A stretch of DNA of 64,000 bases from an uncultured bacterium (GTDB taxonomy: Bacteria; Krumholzibacteriota; Krumholzibacteriia; Krumholzibacteriales; Krumholzibacteriaceae). The position numbers and the translations under genes were made by a program. The notes beneath the pieces were generated by a model. The model was not told the origin of the DNA. It searched no databases and worked only from the letters and a program-made list of their open reading frames with translations. Shown piece after piece: positions 1 to 9,245 of the stretch (the stretch's first letter is position 1; every line of letters starts with the position of its first letter). The stretch is taken from NCBI GenBank assembly GCA_963786935.1, contig CAWBAN010000001.1, positions 1,529,490 to 1,593,489 on the forward strand, given 5' to 3'.

Positions 1-183
1 TACTGCAGCGAGGTCATGAGCCGCGCCGTGAACGAGGCCGTGCAGATCCACGGCGGATACGGACTCATGCGCGAGTATCAGATCGAGCGGTTTTACCGCG
101 ACCAGAAGCTCCTCGAGATCGGCGAAGGAACGAGCGAGATCCAGCGCGTCGTGATCGCCCGCAATCTCGGCTGTCTCGAATAA
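1..183 (+). CDS. Acyl-CoA dehydrogenase, C-terminal fragment (runs off window start)
   Basis: Frame 1 reads ...AVQIHGGYGLMREYQIERFYRDQKLLEIGEGTSEIQRVVIAR..*, the ACAD C-terminal signature. Confidence 0.93.
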   Translation, partial: YCSEVMSRAVNEAVQIHGGYGLMREYQIERFYRDQKLLEIGEGTSEIQRVVIARNLGCLE

Positions 184-201
184 CGCACCCGGAGGCATCG
201 A

Positions 202-1224
202 ATGGACATCATCGAAGAAGGAAAGGGCGAGCTTCTCGGCTTCCACGATCCCGACGAGCAGCGCGCCTGGATCGCCCTGAACAAATCGACCGCCCTCGTC
301 GACAAGCGGATGACGGTGGCGGAGGCGGTCGAGAAATATATCCCGGACGGCTCGTACATCGCATCCGGGGGCTTCGGCCACATCAGGGTCGCGATGTCGG
401 TCATCTACGAGATCATCCGGCGCAAGCGCCGCAACCTCGCCATCGCCGGCAAGACCGCCGTGCACGATTTCGACATCCTCATGGGGGCGGGCTGCATCGC
501 CAAGTGCGAGACGGCCTACTCCTTCGGGCACGAGCTGCGCGGCCTCTCCCCCGCCTCGCGGCGGGCCGTCGAATCGGGGCGCGTGAAGGTCGTGGCCGAG
601 ACGTCGAACGCCGGCTACCAGTGGCGCTTCCTCGCGGGCATGATGGGCGTGCCGTTCATCCCGGCGCGAAACCTCCTCGGCACGGATACGCTCCGCTACT
701 CGTCGGCGAAGGTCGCCACGGATCCCTTCACGGGGAAGCCCGTCACGCTCATTCCGTCGGCCAACCCCGACGTCGTCCTCATGCACGTGCCCCGCTGCGA
801 CAAGTACGGGAACTGCCAGATCGACGGCATCCTCATCATGGATTACGAGCTCGCGCGCTCGGCGCGCCGCCTCATCGTGACGACGGAGGAGATCGTCGAC
901 GAGGAGGAGATCCGGAAGGTCCCGTGGCGCACCGTGATCCCCTACATGTACGTCGACGCCGTGTGCGAGGTGCCCTTTGGATCGCACCCGTGCCAGATGC
1001 CCTACCTCTACTTCTTCGACGAGGAGATCATCGGCGAATGGCTCGCGCTCTCGAAAACGGACGAGGGCGTGAACGAGTTCTTTGACAAGTACGTCTTCGG
1101 CGTGAAGGATTTCGACGAATACCTCGAGCGCGTGGGCGGTTCGGAGAAGCTCGAGCACCTCAGACGCGTCGAGCGCCTCGAGGAGCAGATGCGCGCGCCG
1201 TGGCTCAAAGGAAAAAAGGAATAG
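202..1224 (+). CDS. gctA: Family I CoA-transferase alpha subunit (glutaconate CoA-transferase-like)
   Basis: GGFG motif, 'GVPFIPARNLLGTD', 'DVVLMHVPRCDKYGN', 'VDAVCEVPFGSHP'; paired with beta subunit. Confidence 0.85.
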   Translation: MDIIEEGKGELLGFHDPDEQRAWIALNKSTALVDKRMTVAEAVEKYIPDGSYIASGGFGHIRVAMSVIYEIIRRKRRNLAIAGKTAVHDFDILMGAGCIAKCETAYSFGHELRGLSPASRRAVESGRVKVVAETSNAGYQWRFLAGMMGVPFIPARNLLGTDTLRYSSAKVATDPFTGKPVTLIPSANPDVVLMHVPRCDKYGNCQIDGILIMDYELARSARRLIVTTEEIVDEEEIRKVPWRTVIPYMYVDAVCEVPFGSHPCQMPYLYFFDEEIIGEWLALSKTDEGVNEFFDKYVFGVKDFDEYLERVGGSEKLEHLRRVERLEEQMRAPWLKGKKE

Positions 1225-1236
1225 CGAGGATCATCG

Positions 1237-2013
1237 ATGGCGGAAACGATCGGCTATACGGAAAACGAACTCCTCATCTCGGTCGCCTCGAAGCTTCTCG
1301 AGGACAACACCTCCGCGCTCGTGGGCACGGGGCTCCCGATGCTCGCCGGCATGCTCGCGCAGAAGACGCACGCCCCGGGCCTCCTCATCATCTTCGAGGC
1401 CGGGGGCATCGGGCCGAAGATCCCGACGCTGCCGATCTCGGTCGGCGACTCGCGCACCTTCCACCGCGCGGTCGCGGCCTCGAGCATGCACGACGTCATG
1501 TCGTTCGCGCAGGCCGGATACGTCGACTTCGGATTTCTCGGCGCGGCGCAGCTCGACAAGCACGGGAACATCAACACCACGGTCATCGGCGATCACGACC
1601 ATCCGAAGGCGCGCCTGCCGGGGAGCGGCGGCGCGAACGACGTCGGCTCATTCACGCGGCGCACGATCATCATCATCCGCCAGGACAAGCGGCGGCTCGT
1701 CGAGAAGTGCGATTTCGTGACGACCCCGGGCTATCTCGACGGCGAGGGGGCGCGCGAGCGCGCGGGGCTCCCGAAGAACACCGGGCCGTACCGCGTCATC
1801 ACGCAGCTCGGCGTCTTCGACTTCGGCGGGAAGAACAAAACGATGCGCCTCATCGCGCTCCATCCCGGCGTAACGGTCGCCGACGTCGAGGCTGCGACCT
1901 CATTCGAGATCGAGGTCGCCCCGAAGCTCGACACGACCGTGCCCCCCACGGCAAAAGAAATCGAAATTCTCCACAAGGAGATCGATCCCGCGGGAATCGT
2001 ACTCAAGAAGTAA
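1237..2013 (+). CDS. gctB: Family I CoA-transferase beta subunit
   Basis: 'VGTGLP', catalytic 'IFEAG', 'FLGAAQLDKHGNINTT', 'RLPGSGGAND'. Confidence 0.88.
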   Translation: MAETIGYTENELLISVASKLLEDNTSALVGTGLPMLAGMLAQKTHAPGLLIIFEAGGIGPKIPTLPISVGDSRTFHRAVAASSMHDVMSFAQAGYVDFGFLGAAQLDKHGNINTTVIGDHDHPKARLPGSGGANDVGSFTRRTIIIIRQDKRRLVEKCDFVTTPGYLDGEGARERAGLPKNTGPYRVITQLGVFDFGGKNKTMRLIALHPGVTVADVEAATSFEIEVAPKLDTTVPPTAKEIEILHKEIDPAGIVLKK

Positions 2014-2114
2014 AATAAATATTACACATGCGTAATAAATAGTTTACACTTTAATTCATTGCAATATAAATAGATATACAATTGTATCACGCATAGTGTA
2101 AAATAATATTTACA
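2009..2114. promoter_or_regulatory. Three TGTAAA-N6-TTTACA-type (TyrR/PhhR-like) operator boxes in AT-rich spacer
   Basis: TGTAAA-ataata-TTTACA 2097-2114 (perfect), CGTAAT-aaatag-TTTACA 2031-2048, AGTAAA-ataaat-ATTACA 2009-2026. Confidence 0.55.
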
Positions 2115-2230
2115 TATAGTTGACGGCGACCCCACGATCCGCATCGACGCTCCCGCCCAAGAGACACCGCAACTGATTTCATGACAATATATTACGAGCT
2201 TCGAGAAACAACAGGGAACAATCGGGAAGT

Positions 2231-2247
2231 TTGGCACGCGCCTTGAT
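2231..2247 (+). promoter_or_regulatory. Putative sigma54 (-24/-12) promoter
   Basis: TTGGCACG-CGCC-TTGAT versus consensus YTGGCACG-N4-TTGCW (GA instead of GC at -12). Confidence 0.5.
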
Positions 2248-2305
2248 ATTACAAGGAACTGGAAGCAGTCAACGGCAGCGGTGAGAAACAAAAAGGAGGT
2301 TCGAG

Positions 2306-2407
2306 ATGTTCCACGTAACACACATCAGCTTCATCGTCACGATGCTCCTTCTCGGCAAGAGCGTGTGGGGCAAGTCGGTATGGGGAAAGAGCGTTTGGGG
2401 TTGGTAA
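2306..2407 (+). CDS. 33-aa Trp-repeat small peptide MFHVTHISFIVTMLLL(GKSVW)3GW
   Basis: AAGGAGGT RBS 5 nt before ATG; three repeats identical in protein but with synonymous codon changes; terminator follows. Confidence 0.75.
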   Translation: MFHVTHISFIVTMLLLGKSVWGKSVWGKSVWGW

Positions 2408-2449
2408 GCCGTTAAGAGATCCGCGAACGATCATCAGAGCTGGAGCATT

Positions 2450-2484
2450 AAAAGCGGAGCGCAGGGACCTCCGCTTTTTTCTTT
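2450..2484 (+). terminator. Intrinsic terminator 1
   Basis: AAAAGCGGAG / 9-nt loop / CTCCGCTTTT then TT-CTTT. Confidence 0.8.
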
Positions 2485-2511
2485 CCCATCGAACCCCCGA
2501 GACCGCTTCCG

Positions 2512-2542
2512 GGGCTCTCCGCGAGGAGAGCCCTTTTTGTTT
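2512..2542 (+). terminator. Intrinsic terminator 2
   Basis: GGGCTCTCC-GCGA (GNRA loop)-GGAGAGCCC-TTTTTGTTT. Confidence 0.8.
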
Positions 2543-2579
2543 GCCCGTGTCCGCGGCGATGGGATATAGTGTCCACCGT

Positions 2580-3488
2580 ATGGTCAAGCCGTCCATCATC
2601 ATACGCGAGCTCCGGGCCGAGTTTCTCCCCGCGAGCGCCATGGCCGTCTTCCTCGGGACGGCCGCCGCGCACGCGCGAACCGACGCCTTCGATCCGCTCC
2701 TCTTCGCGCTGGCGCTCGCCGGCGTCGTCTTCATCCATCTCGGCACGAACGTCTCGAACGACTACTTCGACCATCGCTCGGGGAACGACGCCTTCAACAG
2801 GGATTTCATCCGCCCCTTCACCGGCGGAAGCCGCCTCATTCAAGAGAATCTGATTTCCCCGCGGGCGGTGCTGATTCTTTCGATCGCGCTTCTCGCCGCC
2901 GCGCTCGCCGTCGGCGTCGTCCTCGCCGTTCTCAGGGGACCGTACATCGTTCTGCTCGGCGCCGTCGGCATCGCGAGCGGCCTCTTCTACGTGGCCCCGC
3001 CGGTCAACCTCGCGAGCCGCGGCTACGGCGAGGTCTTCATCGGGCTCAACTTCGGAGTCCTCGCGGTGGCGGGCTCGTACTTCGTGCAGGCGGGCGAAGT
3101 GACGGGAGAGATCGTCGTCGCCTCCCTCCCGCTCGCGATTCTCATCGCGGCGGTCGTTTTCATCAACGAGTTTCAGGATATGAAGGCCGACGCGCAGGCC
3201 GGGAAGCGCACGCTCGTCGTGCGGATAGGGCTCGAGCGCGCCTCGCGCGTATACGGCTGGCTCCTGTTATCGGCGTTCGTTCCGGTGATTATCGGTGCCG
3301 CGTCGGGGCTCATGCCGCGGACGACCCTCATCTCCCTCGGCGCCCTTCCCTTCGCGCTCAAGGCGATCGCCGTCGCGCGGCGGAGCTACGGCTCCCCGAA
3401 AGAGCTGGCCCCCGCGAACGCGCTCACGATCGTGTGCCACGCGCTGACGGGGGCCCTCCTCACCATCGGCTATCTGATCAATCGCTGA
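2580..3488 (+). CDS. menA: UbiA-family prenyltransferase, 1,4-dihydroxy-2-naphthoate polyprenyltransferase-like
   Basis: Multi-TM; 'NDYFD', 'GGSRLIQ', 'NEFQDMKADAQAGKRTLVVRIG' motifs. Confidence 0.85.
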   Translation: MVKPSIIIRELRAEFLPASAMAVFLGTAAAHARTDAFDPLLFALALAGVVFIHLGTNVSNDYFDHRSGNDAFNRDFIRPFTGGSRLIQENLISPRAVLILSIALLAAALAVGVVLAVLRGPYIVLLGAVGIASGLFYVAPPVNLASRGYGEVFIGLNFGVLAVAGSYFVQAGEVTGEIVVASLPLAILIAAVVFINEFQDMKADAQAGKRTLVVRIGLERASRVYGWLLLSAFVPVIIGAASGLMPRTTLISLGALPFALKAIAVARRSYGSPKELAPANALTIVCHALTGALLTIGYLINR

Positions 3489-4152
3489 ATTCCATCGCCT
3501 TCCGCACGGCCCGGATACCCTCGACGATCTCCTGCTGATCGTCGACGACGTGTAGGAGCTCGAGCTCCTCGGGGGAGATTTTGTCCTCTTTCACCATGAC
3601 GTTCTTCAGCCAGTCGACGAGCCCGCCCCAGTAGCTCTTCCCGAGGAGATACACGGGGAACGGCTTGATCTTGTGCGTCTGAATGAGGGTGAGCGCCTCG
3701 AAGAGCTCGTCCATCGTGCCGAATCCTCCGGGCAGGATGACGAACGCGACGGAGTACTTGACGAACATCACCTTGCGGACGAAGAAGTATCTGAAGCCGA
3801 TGAGCTTGTCCACGTAGGGATTCGGGCGCTGCTCGAACGGAAGCTCGATGTTGAGCCCGACCGAGAGCCCGCCCCCCTCCTGCGCGCCGCGGTTCGCGGC
3901 CTCCATCACGCCGGGTCCGCCGCCGGTGATGACGGCGCAGCCTTCCTTCGCGAGCTTCGCGGTGAGCGAGCGCGCCGCCGCGTACTCCGGATCATTCTCC
4001 CTCGCCCGCGCCGAGCCGAAGACGGTCACGGCGGGCCCGATGCTCGCGAGCGTGTCGAATCCCTCGACGAACTCGGCGAGAATCCTGAAGAGACGCCACG
4101 CTTCCTGCGAGCTGATCTCGTCTATGATATATTTCTTCTTTTCGGGGTCCAT
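3478..4152 (-). CDS. LOG family (TIGR00730-like) Rossmann-fold protein
   Basis: 'VFGSAR', 'TGGGPGVMEAANRGA', 'RKVMF', 'PGGFGTMDELFE'. Confidence 0.92.
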   Translation of the reverse strand: MDPEKKKYIIDEISSQEAWRLFRILAEFVEGFDTLASIGPAVTVFGSARARENDPEYAAARSLTAKLAKEGCAVITGGGPGVMEAANRGAQEGGGLSVGLNIELPFEQRPNPYVDKLIGFRYFFVRKVMFVKYSVAFVILPGGFGTMDELFEALTLIQTHKIKPFPVYLLGKSYWGGLVDWLKNVMVKEDKISPEELELLHVVDDQQEIVEGIRAVRKAMEFSD

Positions 4153-4266
4153 GAAAGCCTCCCGTCGGAATCGCGGAGCTCGGCGAGAGCGATCGCTTCT
4201 CGCTCCTTGCATTTTTTTCAGGTTAGGATACAATCCGGCTGGGAATCAAGACAATTGAGGTGCGCG

Positions 4267-4683
4267 ATGCAAAAGACCATTTACGGCGACGGCGGCGGGC
4301 AGATCGAAACCTACCCGATCGAGGAATGCCGGCATTGCGACGAGCGCGGCTGGGTGCTTTTCCCGTGGGAGAAGCGGAACGCCGACATAGATCCGAAAAC
4401 AATCCACATCGTTCAATCCCAGCCCGGCGCCACGCGGGGAAATCACTACCATCCCCGCGTCGCCGAGTGGCTCTGCCCCCTCGAAGGGGAAGGACTTCTC
4501 AGGTGGAAATCCCCCTCCGGCGAGCTGCAGGAGCTCCATCTCGAGGCGCAGACTCGGTGCGTGCGCATCCTCCCCGGGATCGCGCACGCCGTGATCAACG
4601 TGGGTCCGGGAGTGCTGGTCCTCATCGCGGCGCGCGAGCGCGATCCGGCCGGAGACCTCTCGGTGCCGGAGAAGATCGCCTGA
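4267..4683 (+). CDS. Cupin-fold protein (WxcM/FdtA-like sugar isomerase domain)
   Basis: 'DERGW', 'PGATRGNHYH..AEW', 'ILPGIAHAV'. Confidence 0.7.
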   Translation: MQKTIYGDGGGQIETYPIEECRHCDERGWVLFPWEKRNADIDPKTIHIVQSQPGATRGNHYHPRVAEWLCPLEGEGLLRWKSPSGELQELHLEAQTRCVRILPGIAHAVINVGPGVLVLIAARERDPAGDLSVPEKIA

Positions 4684-4712
4684 CACATCGAAACGCCGAA
4701 GGACTCCGCGCG

Positions 4713-5672
4713 ATGAAAGCGCTTCATTTCGACGGAAAGAAGCTCGCTCTCCGAACCGTGCCCGCGCCCCGGCTCCGGCCGGGAGAGGCGCTCGTCAAGG
4801 TGCGCCTGGCGGGGATCTGCTCGACGGATCTCGAGATCGTCCGCGGCTACATGTCGTTCCGGGGAATCCCGGGGCACGAGTTCGTCGGCACCGTCGTGTC
4901 GGCGCCCTCGAAGGCGCTCGCCGGAAAGCGGGTCGTCGGCGAGATCAACGTGCCCTGCGGCACGTGCGAAACGTGCCGGGCGGGCCTCGGCAGGCACTGC
5001 GCCGCCCGCGGCGTCCTCGGCATCAGCGGACGGAACGGCGCCTTCGCCGAGTACCTCGCGCTCCCCGCGAAAAATCTCCACGTCGTTCCGGCGCGCCTGA
5101 GCGACGAGGAAGCCGTCTTCACCGAGCTCGTCGCCGCGGCCTGCGAGATCGTCGAGCAGGTCGAGGTCCGCCCGCGGGACCGAGTGCTCGTCCTCGGCGA
5201 CGGGCGGCTCGCCGCGATGGCTGCGCAGGTGCTCGGCGCCCGGACGAAGCGCATCGCCGTCCTCGGCAGGAGCCCCCGCAAGCTCGCGGCCCTGCGGAAG
5301 CTCGGGCTCGACGCGCGCGGGCCCGCCGCCGCGGCGGCGCTCGCCCGTTCGCAGGACGTCGTGGTCGAATGCACGGGAAGCCCCCGCGGGCTCCCCCTCG
5401 CCGCGCGGCTCGTGAAGCCCCGCGGCACGATCGTTCTCAAATCGACGTATCACGGCGCCCTCGCGTGGAATCCGGCGCCCCTCGTCGTGGACGAGATAAC
5501 GGTCGTCGGCTCGCGCTGCGGGCCGTTCGAGCCGGCGCTCTCCCTCCTCGCCGCGGGCCGGGTGCGCGTGCTCCCCTTCCTGAGCGCGGTCTATCCGATC
5601 GAGCGATGGGAGACGGCGTTTCGCGCGGCGCGGCGGGCCGGCGCGTTCAAGGTTCTCCTGAGCATGGAGTGA
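4713..5672 (+). CDS. Zn-dependent alcohol dehydrogenase (MDR family)
   Basis: 'GICSTD', 'GHEFVG', structural Zn CGTCETC..HC, 'LGDGRLA'. Confidence 0.92.
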   Translation: MKALHFDGKKLALRTVPAPRLRPGEALVKVRLAGICSTDLEIVRGYMSFRGIPGHEFVGTVVSAPSKALAGKRVVGEINVPCGTCETCRAGLGRHCAARGVLGISGRNGAFAEYLALPAKNLHVVPARLSDEEAVFTELVAAACEIVEQVEVRPRDRVLVLGDGRLAAMAAQVLGARTKRIAVLGRSPRKLAALRKLGLDARGPAAAAALARSQDVVVECTGSPRGLPLAARLVKPRGTIVLKSTYHGALAWNPAPLVVDEITVVGSRCGPFEPALSLLAAGRVRVLPFLSAVYPIERWETAFRAARRAGAFKVLLSME

Positions 5673-5675
5673 GCG

Positions 5676-6416
5676 GTGTTTCTCCCGTTGAAGGACATCA
5701 ATCCGACGAACCGGCGCCCCGTCGCCACCTACGCGCTCATCGCGGCGAACGTCGCCGTCTTCATTTACCAGCTGTCGCTCGGCTCGCGCCTCGGCAACGC
5801 CTTCGTCGCCGCGTACGGCGCCACCCCCTTCGAGATCACGCATATGACCGATCTCGTCGGGGACGTGAAGGCGGGGCTCCCGCTCGTACATTTTCCCGGC
5901 CCGCACCCGATCGTGCTCACCCTTCTCACGTCGATGTTCATGCACGGCGGGCTCGCGCACCTCGGCGGGAACATGCTCTTCCTCTGGATCTTCGGGAACA
6001 ACGTCGAGGATATCCTCGGGCCGGCGCGGTTCGTCCTGTTCTATCTCGCGTGCGGGCTCGGCGCGCACGCGCTCCACATCGCTTCCGACCCGTCCTCGCT
6101 CGTTCCGACGGTGGGAGCGAGCGGCGCCATTTCGGGGGTGCTGGCGGGGTACCTCATCGCGTTTCCCCGCGCGCGCGTCCTCACGCTCGTCTTTCTCGGC
6201 TTCTTCATCAGGATGGCGGTGCTCCCCGCGTACGTCATCATTATCTACTGGTTCGTCATCCAGTTCGTCTTCGCCCTCGTCTCGCTCGGAGGAACGGGGA
6301 CCGGCGGCGTGGCGTGGTTCGCCCACGTCGGGGGATTCCTCACCGGCATCGCGCTCATTCTCGCGATGGCGGGAAGCAAGCTCTCGTGGATCAGGAGAAC
6401 CGGCCCGGTCGAATGA
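5676..6416 (+). CDS. Rhomboid intramembrane serine protease
   Basis: 'SMFMHGG..HLGGNM', 'GASGAISG', 'AWFAHVGGF'. Confidence 0.93.
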   Translation: MFLPLKDINPTNRRPVATYALIAANVAVFIYQLSLGSRLGNAFVAAYGATPFEITHMTDLVGDVKAGLPLVHFPGPHPIVLTLLTSMFMHGGLAHLGGNMLFLWIFGNNVEDILGPARFVLFYLACGLGAHALHIASDPSSLVPTVGASGAISGVLAGYLIAFPRARVLTLVFLGFFIRMAVLPAYVIIIYWFVIQFVFALVSLGGTGTGGVAWFAHVGGFLTGIALILAMAGSKLSWIRRTGPVE

Positions 6417-6428
6417 CCCCTCGCCCGC

Positions 6429-7094
6429 TCAGAGCGGCGCGGGCATGCCGTCGAGACCGATAGCGGCCGCGTCGAGGTGCGCGGTGTCGCCGAAGCTCCG
6501 CAGGCGCGGCTTGAAATCGAGAACGACCGTCGTGATCGAGGCGTTCGGAAGCGAGAAGCTCCACATATCGTCCACGCGCATGCCGAGGATGTGCGTCAGG
6601 TAGACGCAGATGACGCCGCCGTGCGTGATGAGGGCGACGTCCCCGGCGTGGGCCGCGGCGCCGGCGTCCATGAACGAGACGACGCGATTCCTGAAAGCGG
6701 CGAGATCCTCCCCCCGCTCGAGCTTCACCGTCGAGGGGCGCCGGTACCACGCGTCGAGCTTCGCCGGATCCTCGGCGCGAAGATCCTCGATGAGCCGCCC
6801 CTCCCATTCGCCGAGGGAGAGCTCCCTGATCTCCGCCGAGATCCTGAGCGGAAAGCCCTCGCCGAGCGCGAGGCGCGCGGTTTCGAGCGTGCGCCCCGCG
6901 TCGCTCGAATAGACCGCCTCGAGCGGAAGCGCCCGTAGGCGGCGCCCGAGGAGCCTCGCCTGCTCCCGCCCCGTCGGGCTCAACGCCACGTCGAGGGCGG
7001 TCCCCTGAACGCGGCGCTCGAGGTTCCAGGCCGATTCGGCATGGCGGATCAGATGGATCTTTCGCGGGGAGGGAACCATATCGCGCTCCTTCAT
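6429..7094 (-). CDS. Histidine phosphatase / phosphoglycerate mutase family
   Basis: 'LIRHAES.WN', 'YSSDAGR', 'LGEWEG', 'ITHGGVI', 'LPNASIT'. Confidence 0.9.
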   Translation of the reverse strand: MKERDMVPSPRKIHLIRHAESAWNLERRVQGTALDVALSPTGREQARLLGRRLRALPLEAVYSSDAGRTLETARLALGEGFPLRISAEIRELSLGEWEGRLIEDLRAEDPAKLDAWYRRPSTVKLERGEDLAAFRNRVVSFMDAGAAAHAGDVALITHGGVICVYLTHILGMRVDDMWSFSLPNASITTVVLDFKPRLRSFGDTAHLDAAAIGLDGMPAPL

Positions 7095-7212
7095 GGCTTG
7101 CGAACTTCGCGGCTTTACGCTACCTTTGAGCTACGATGAGAAAAGCACGGCCCCGCGCGTCGAATCAAGCATCTTCTCGAGCCGTTTCGGGCTCTTTCGG
7201 AGGACACGCGTA

Positions 7213-9228
7213 ATGCTCCGTCGTCTCGTGCCGCTCGCGGCGGCTACCCTCGTCTCCCTGAGCGGCGGATCCTTCGGCGCGCCCGGCGGAGCCGTCGCTT
7301 CGCCCGCCGCACTCGGCCCGTCGCCGGCCGGATCGCCGGCCGGAGCCGGATTCACGCTCCTCTCGCGCTCCCTCATCCAGGGACCGGCGCGGTCCGTCGC
7401 GTTCTCCCGCGACGGCAACGACGTCGTCGTCGGCACGGGGAGCGGGATAGCGGTGCTCCGCGGGACGGACGGATTCCGGAATCCCGCCTTCCTCCCGCTC
7501 GACGGGGAGCCGCTCGACATGATCGTGCGAGGCTCCCTCGTCTACGCGGCGGCCGGGGGGGGCGGCATCGTCACGCTCGACATATCCGGTCCCGGCGCTC
7601 CCCGGGAGACGTTCAGGCATGAAGGCATACGGGCGGAGAGGCTGGCGCTGGCGGGAGGCGCGCTCTTCGCCGCCGACGCGCAGGGAAAGCTGCACGCCTT
7701 CGATTGCGCCGATCCGCGCGAGCCCCGCTTCATCGAGACGAAACAGCTCCCCGCGTCCGTGATCTCGCTCGCGGCCGAGGGGGATCTCCTCGCGATCGTC
7801 TATCCCGACCGGGTATCGATATGCCGCGTCGGGCCAAACGGCGCGATCCGTGAGCTCTCGCAGGCGACACTCGCGCGGCCGCCGAAAAGCTCGAAGGAGC
7901 AAAGCGGCGCCCCGAACGCGGCCGCCACGGGCGCGAAAAAGGGAATCATGAGCCGCAGCGTCCTCATCGTTCTCACCTCGGCCGGCGACATCCAATGCTG
8001 GGATCTCGCGAATCCCGACCGCCCCACGGCGCTCGATCCGCCCCGCGTCAAGGGCATAACCGACGTCGCGGTCTCGGACGGCGAGGGAATGCTCCTCACG
8101 AATCTCCAATTTTTGCTCCCCTTCGATATCGAGCGCCCTGACGGCCCGGCGGGCGGCGCCCGCGTGAAATTGAGATCGGGAAAGGGATTCTCGCTCGAGA
8201 GCGCCAATCGCTACGGCCAGCCGATCGCCACGGGAAATCCCGCGGTGAGCGAGTCGCGCGGCGGATCGGAGCGCGTCGACGCCGTCTATATGTCCGCGGG
8301 GCGGCTCGCCGTCGTCAAGCCGTTCGACGAGGTCCGCGTGTTCGGGCTCGATCGCGGCAAACCGAAATACATCGGCGGCTTCGCGACGCGCGGATTCGCG
8401 ATCAGCGTCATCGCCTCCGGCGGCCTCGTCTACGTCGCGAACGGATTCGACGGTGTCCGCATCGGGCGCCTCGGGCGGGACGGCTCCGTCGAATGGATCG
8501 GCCACGTTCAAACGCTCGAGGCGCGCGACGTGGCGCTCGCCGGCACGACGCTCTTCATCGCGGACGGGCTCGGCGGAATCAAGACCGCCGACGTGAAAGA
8601 CCCGGCGCGGGCGAGGATCGTCGGACGCCACGCCTCTTCCTATTTCATGTCGGCCCTCGTCGTCAGGGGCGGACGCGCCTACTGCGCCGGCGGGCTCGGC
8701 GGCGTGGAGATCGTGGACGTCGCCGATCCGCGGCGGCCCCGATTCGTCTGGCGCGGAGAATTCTCCGAAGTCCGGGGCATCGACGTCGACGCGCGCTGGC
8801 TTTATTTTTCCGACGGATACGACGGATGCCGCATCTACGATCTCGGCGCCGACGCTCCCCGGGCCGTCTCGGTACTCGACACGCCCGGGTGGAACTGCGA
8901 TTGCTTCGTGACCGGCGACGTCGCGTACCTCGCGGACGGCGGCGCGGGCGTCGCCGTCGCCGACGTCTCGGACCGCGCCAAGCCCCGCACGCTCGGATCG
9001 CTCTCGCTCGGCACGATCGTGCGCGCCGTGCACCCGCTCGGCAAAACGCTCTTCGCCGCGGCCCACACGAGGGGTGTGGCCGCGATCGACGTATCGAATC
9101 CGGCGAAACCCTCGGTCGCCGCCTGGTACGACACCGCCGACGACGCCCGCGGCATCTTCGCGGACGGCGAATTCGTGTACGCCGCGAGCGGCTCCGGCGG
9201 GGTCTACATGTTCAAATACGTCCGCTGA
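7213..9228 (+). CDS. Secreted LVIVD-repeat beta-propeller protein
   Basis: Signal-like N-terminus; repeated 'Y(V/L)ADG..GV.(I/V).DVSDP..P' blades. Confidence 0.8.
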   Translation: MLRRLVPLAAATLVSLSGGSFGAPGGAVASPAALGPSPAGSPAGAGFTLLSRSLIQGPARSVAFSRDGNDVVVGTGSGIAVLRGTDGFRNPAFLPLDGEPLDMIVRGSLVYAAAGGGGIVTLDISGPGAPRETFRHEGIRAERLALAGGALFAADAQGKLHAFDCADPREPRFIETKQLPASVISLAAEGDLLAIVYPDRVSICRVGPNGAIRELSQATLARPPKSSKEQSGAPNAAATGAKKGIMSRSVLIVLTSAGDIQCWDLANPDRPTALDPPRVKGITDVAVSDGEGMLLTNLQFLLPFDIERPDGPAGGARVKLRSGKGFSLESANRYGQPIATGNPAVSESRGGSERVDAVYMSAGRLAVVKPFDEVRVFGLDRGKPKYIGGFATRGFAISVIASGGLVYVANGFDGVRIGRLGRDGSVEWIGHVQTLEARDVALAGTTLFIADGLGGIKTADVKDPARARIVGRHASSYFMSALVVRGGRAYCAGGLGGVEIVDVADPRRPRFVWRGEFSEVRGIDVDARWLYFSDGYDGCRIYDLGADAPRAVSVLDTPGWNCDCFVTGDVAYLADGGAGVAVADVSDRAKPRTLGSLSLGTIVRAVHPLGKTLFAAAHTRGVAAIDVSNPAKPSVAAWYDTADDARGIFADGEFVYAASGSGGVYMFKYVR

Positions 9229-9245
9229 GCAAGGAAGGAGTCCGC

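Noticed and set aside
2354..2404. 15-bp periodic repeat as a mini-CRISPR or VNTR
   Set aside because: No spacers; variation is confined to synonymous sites, so it is a coding repeat
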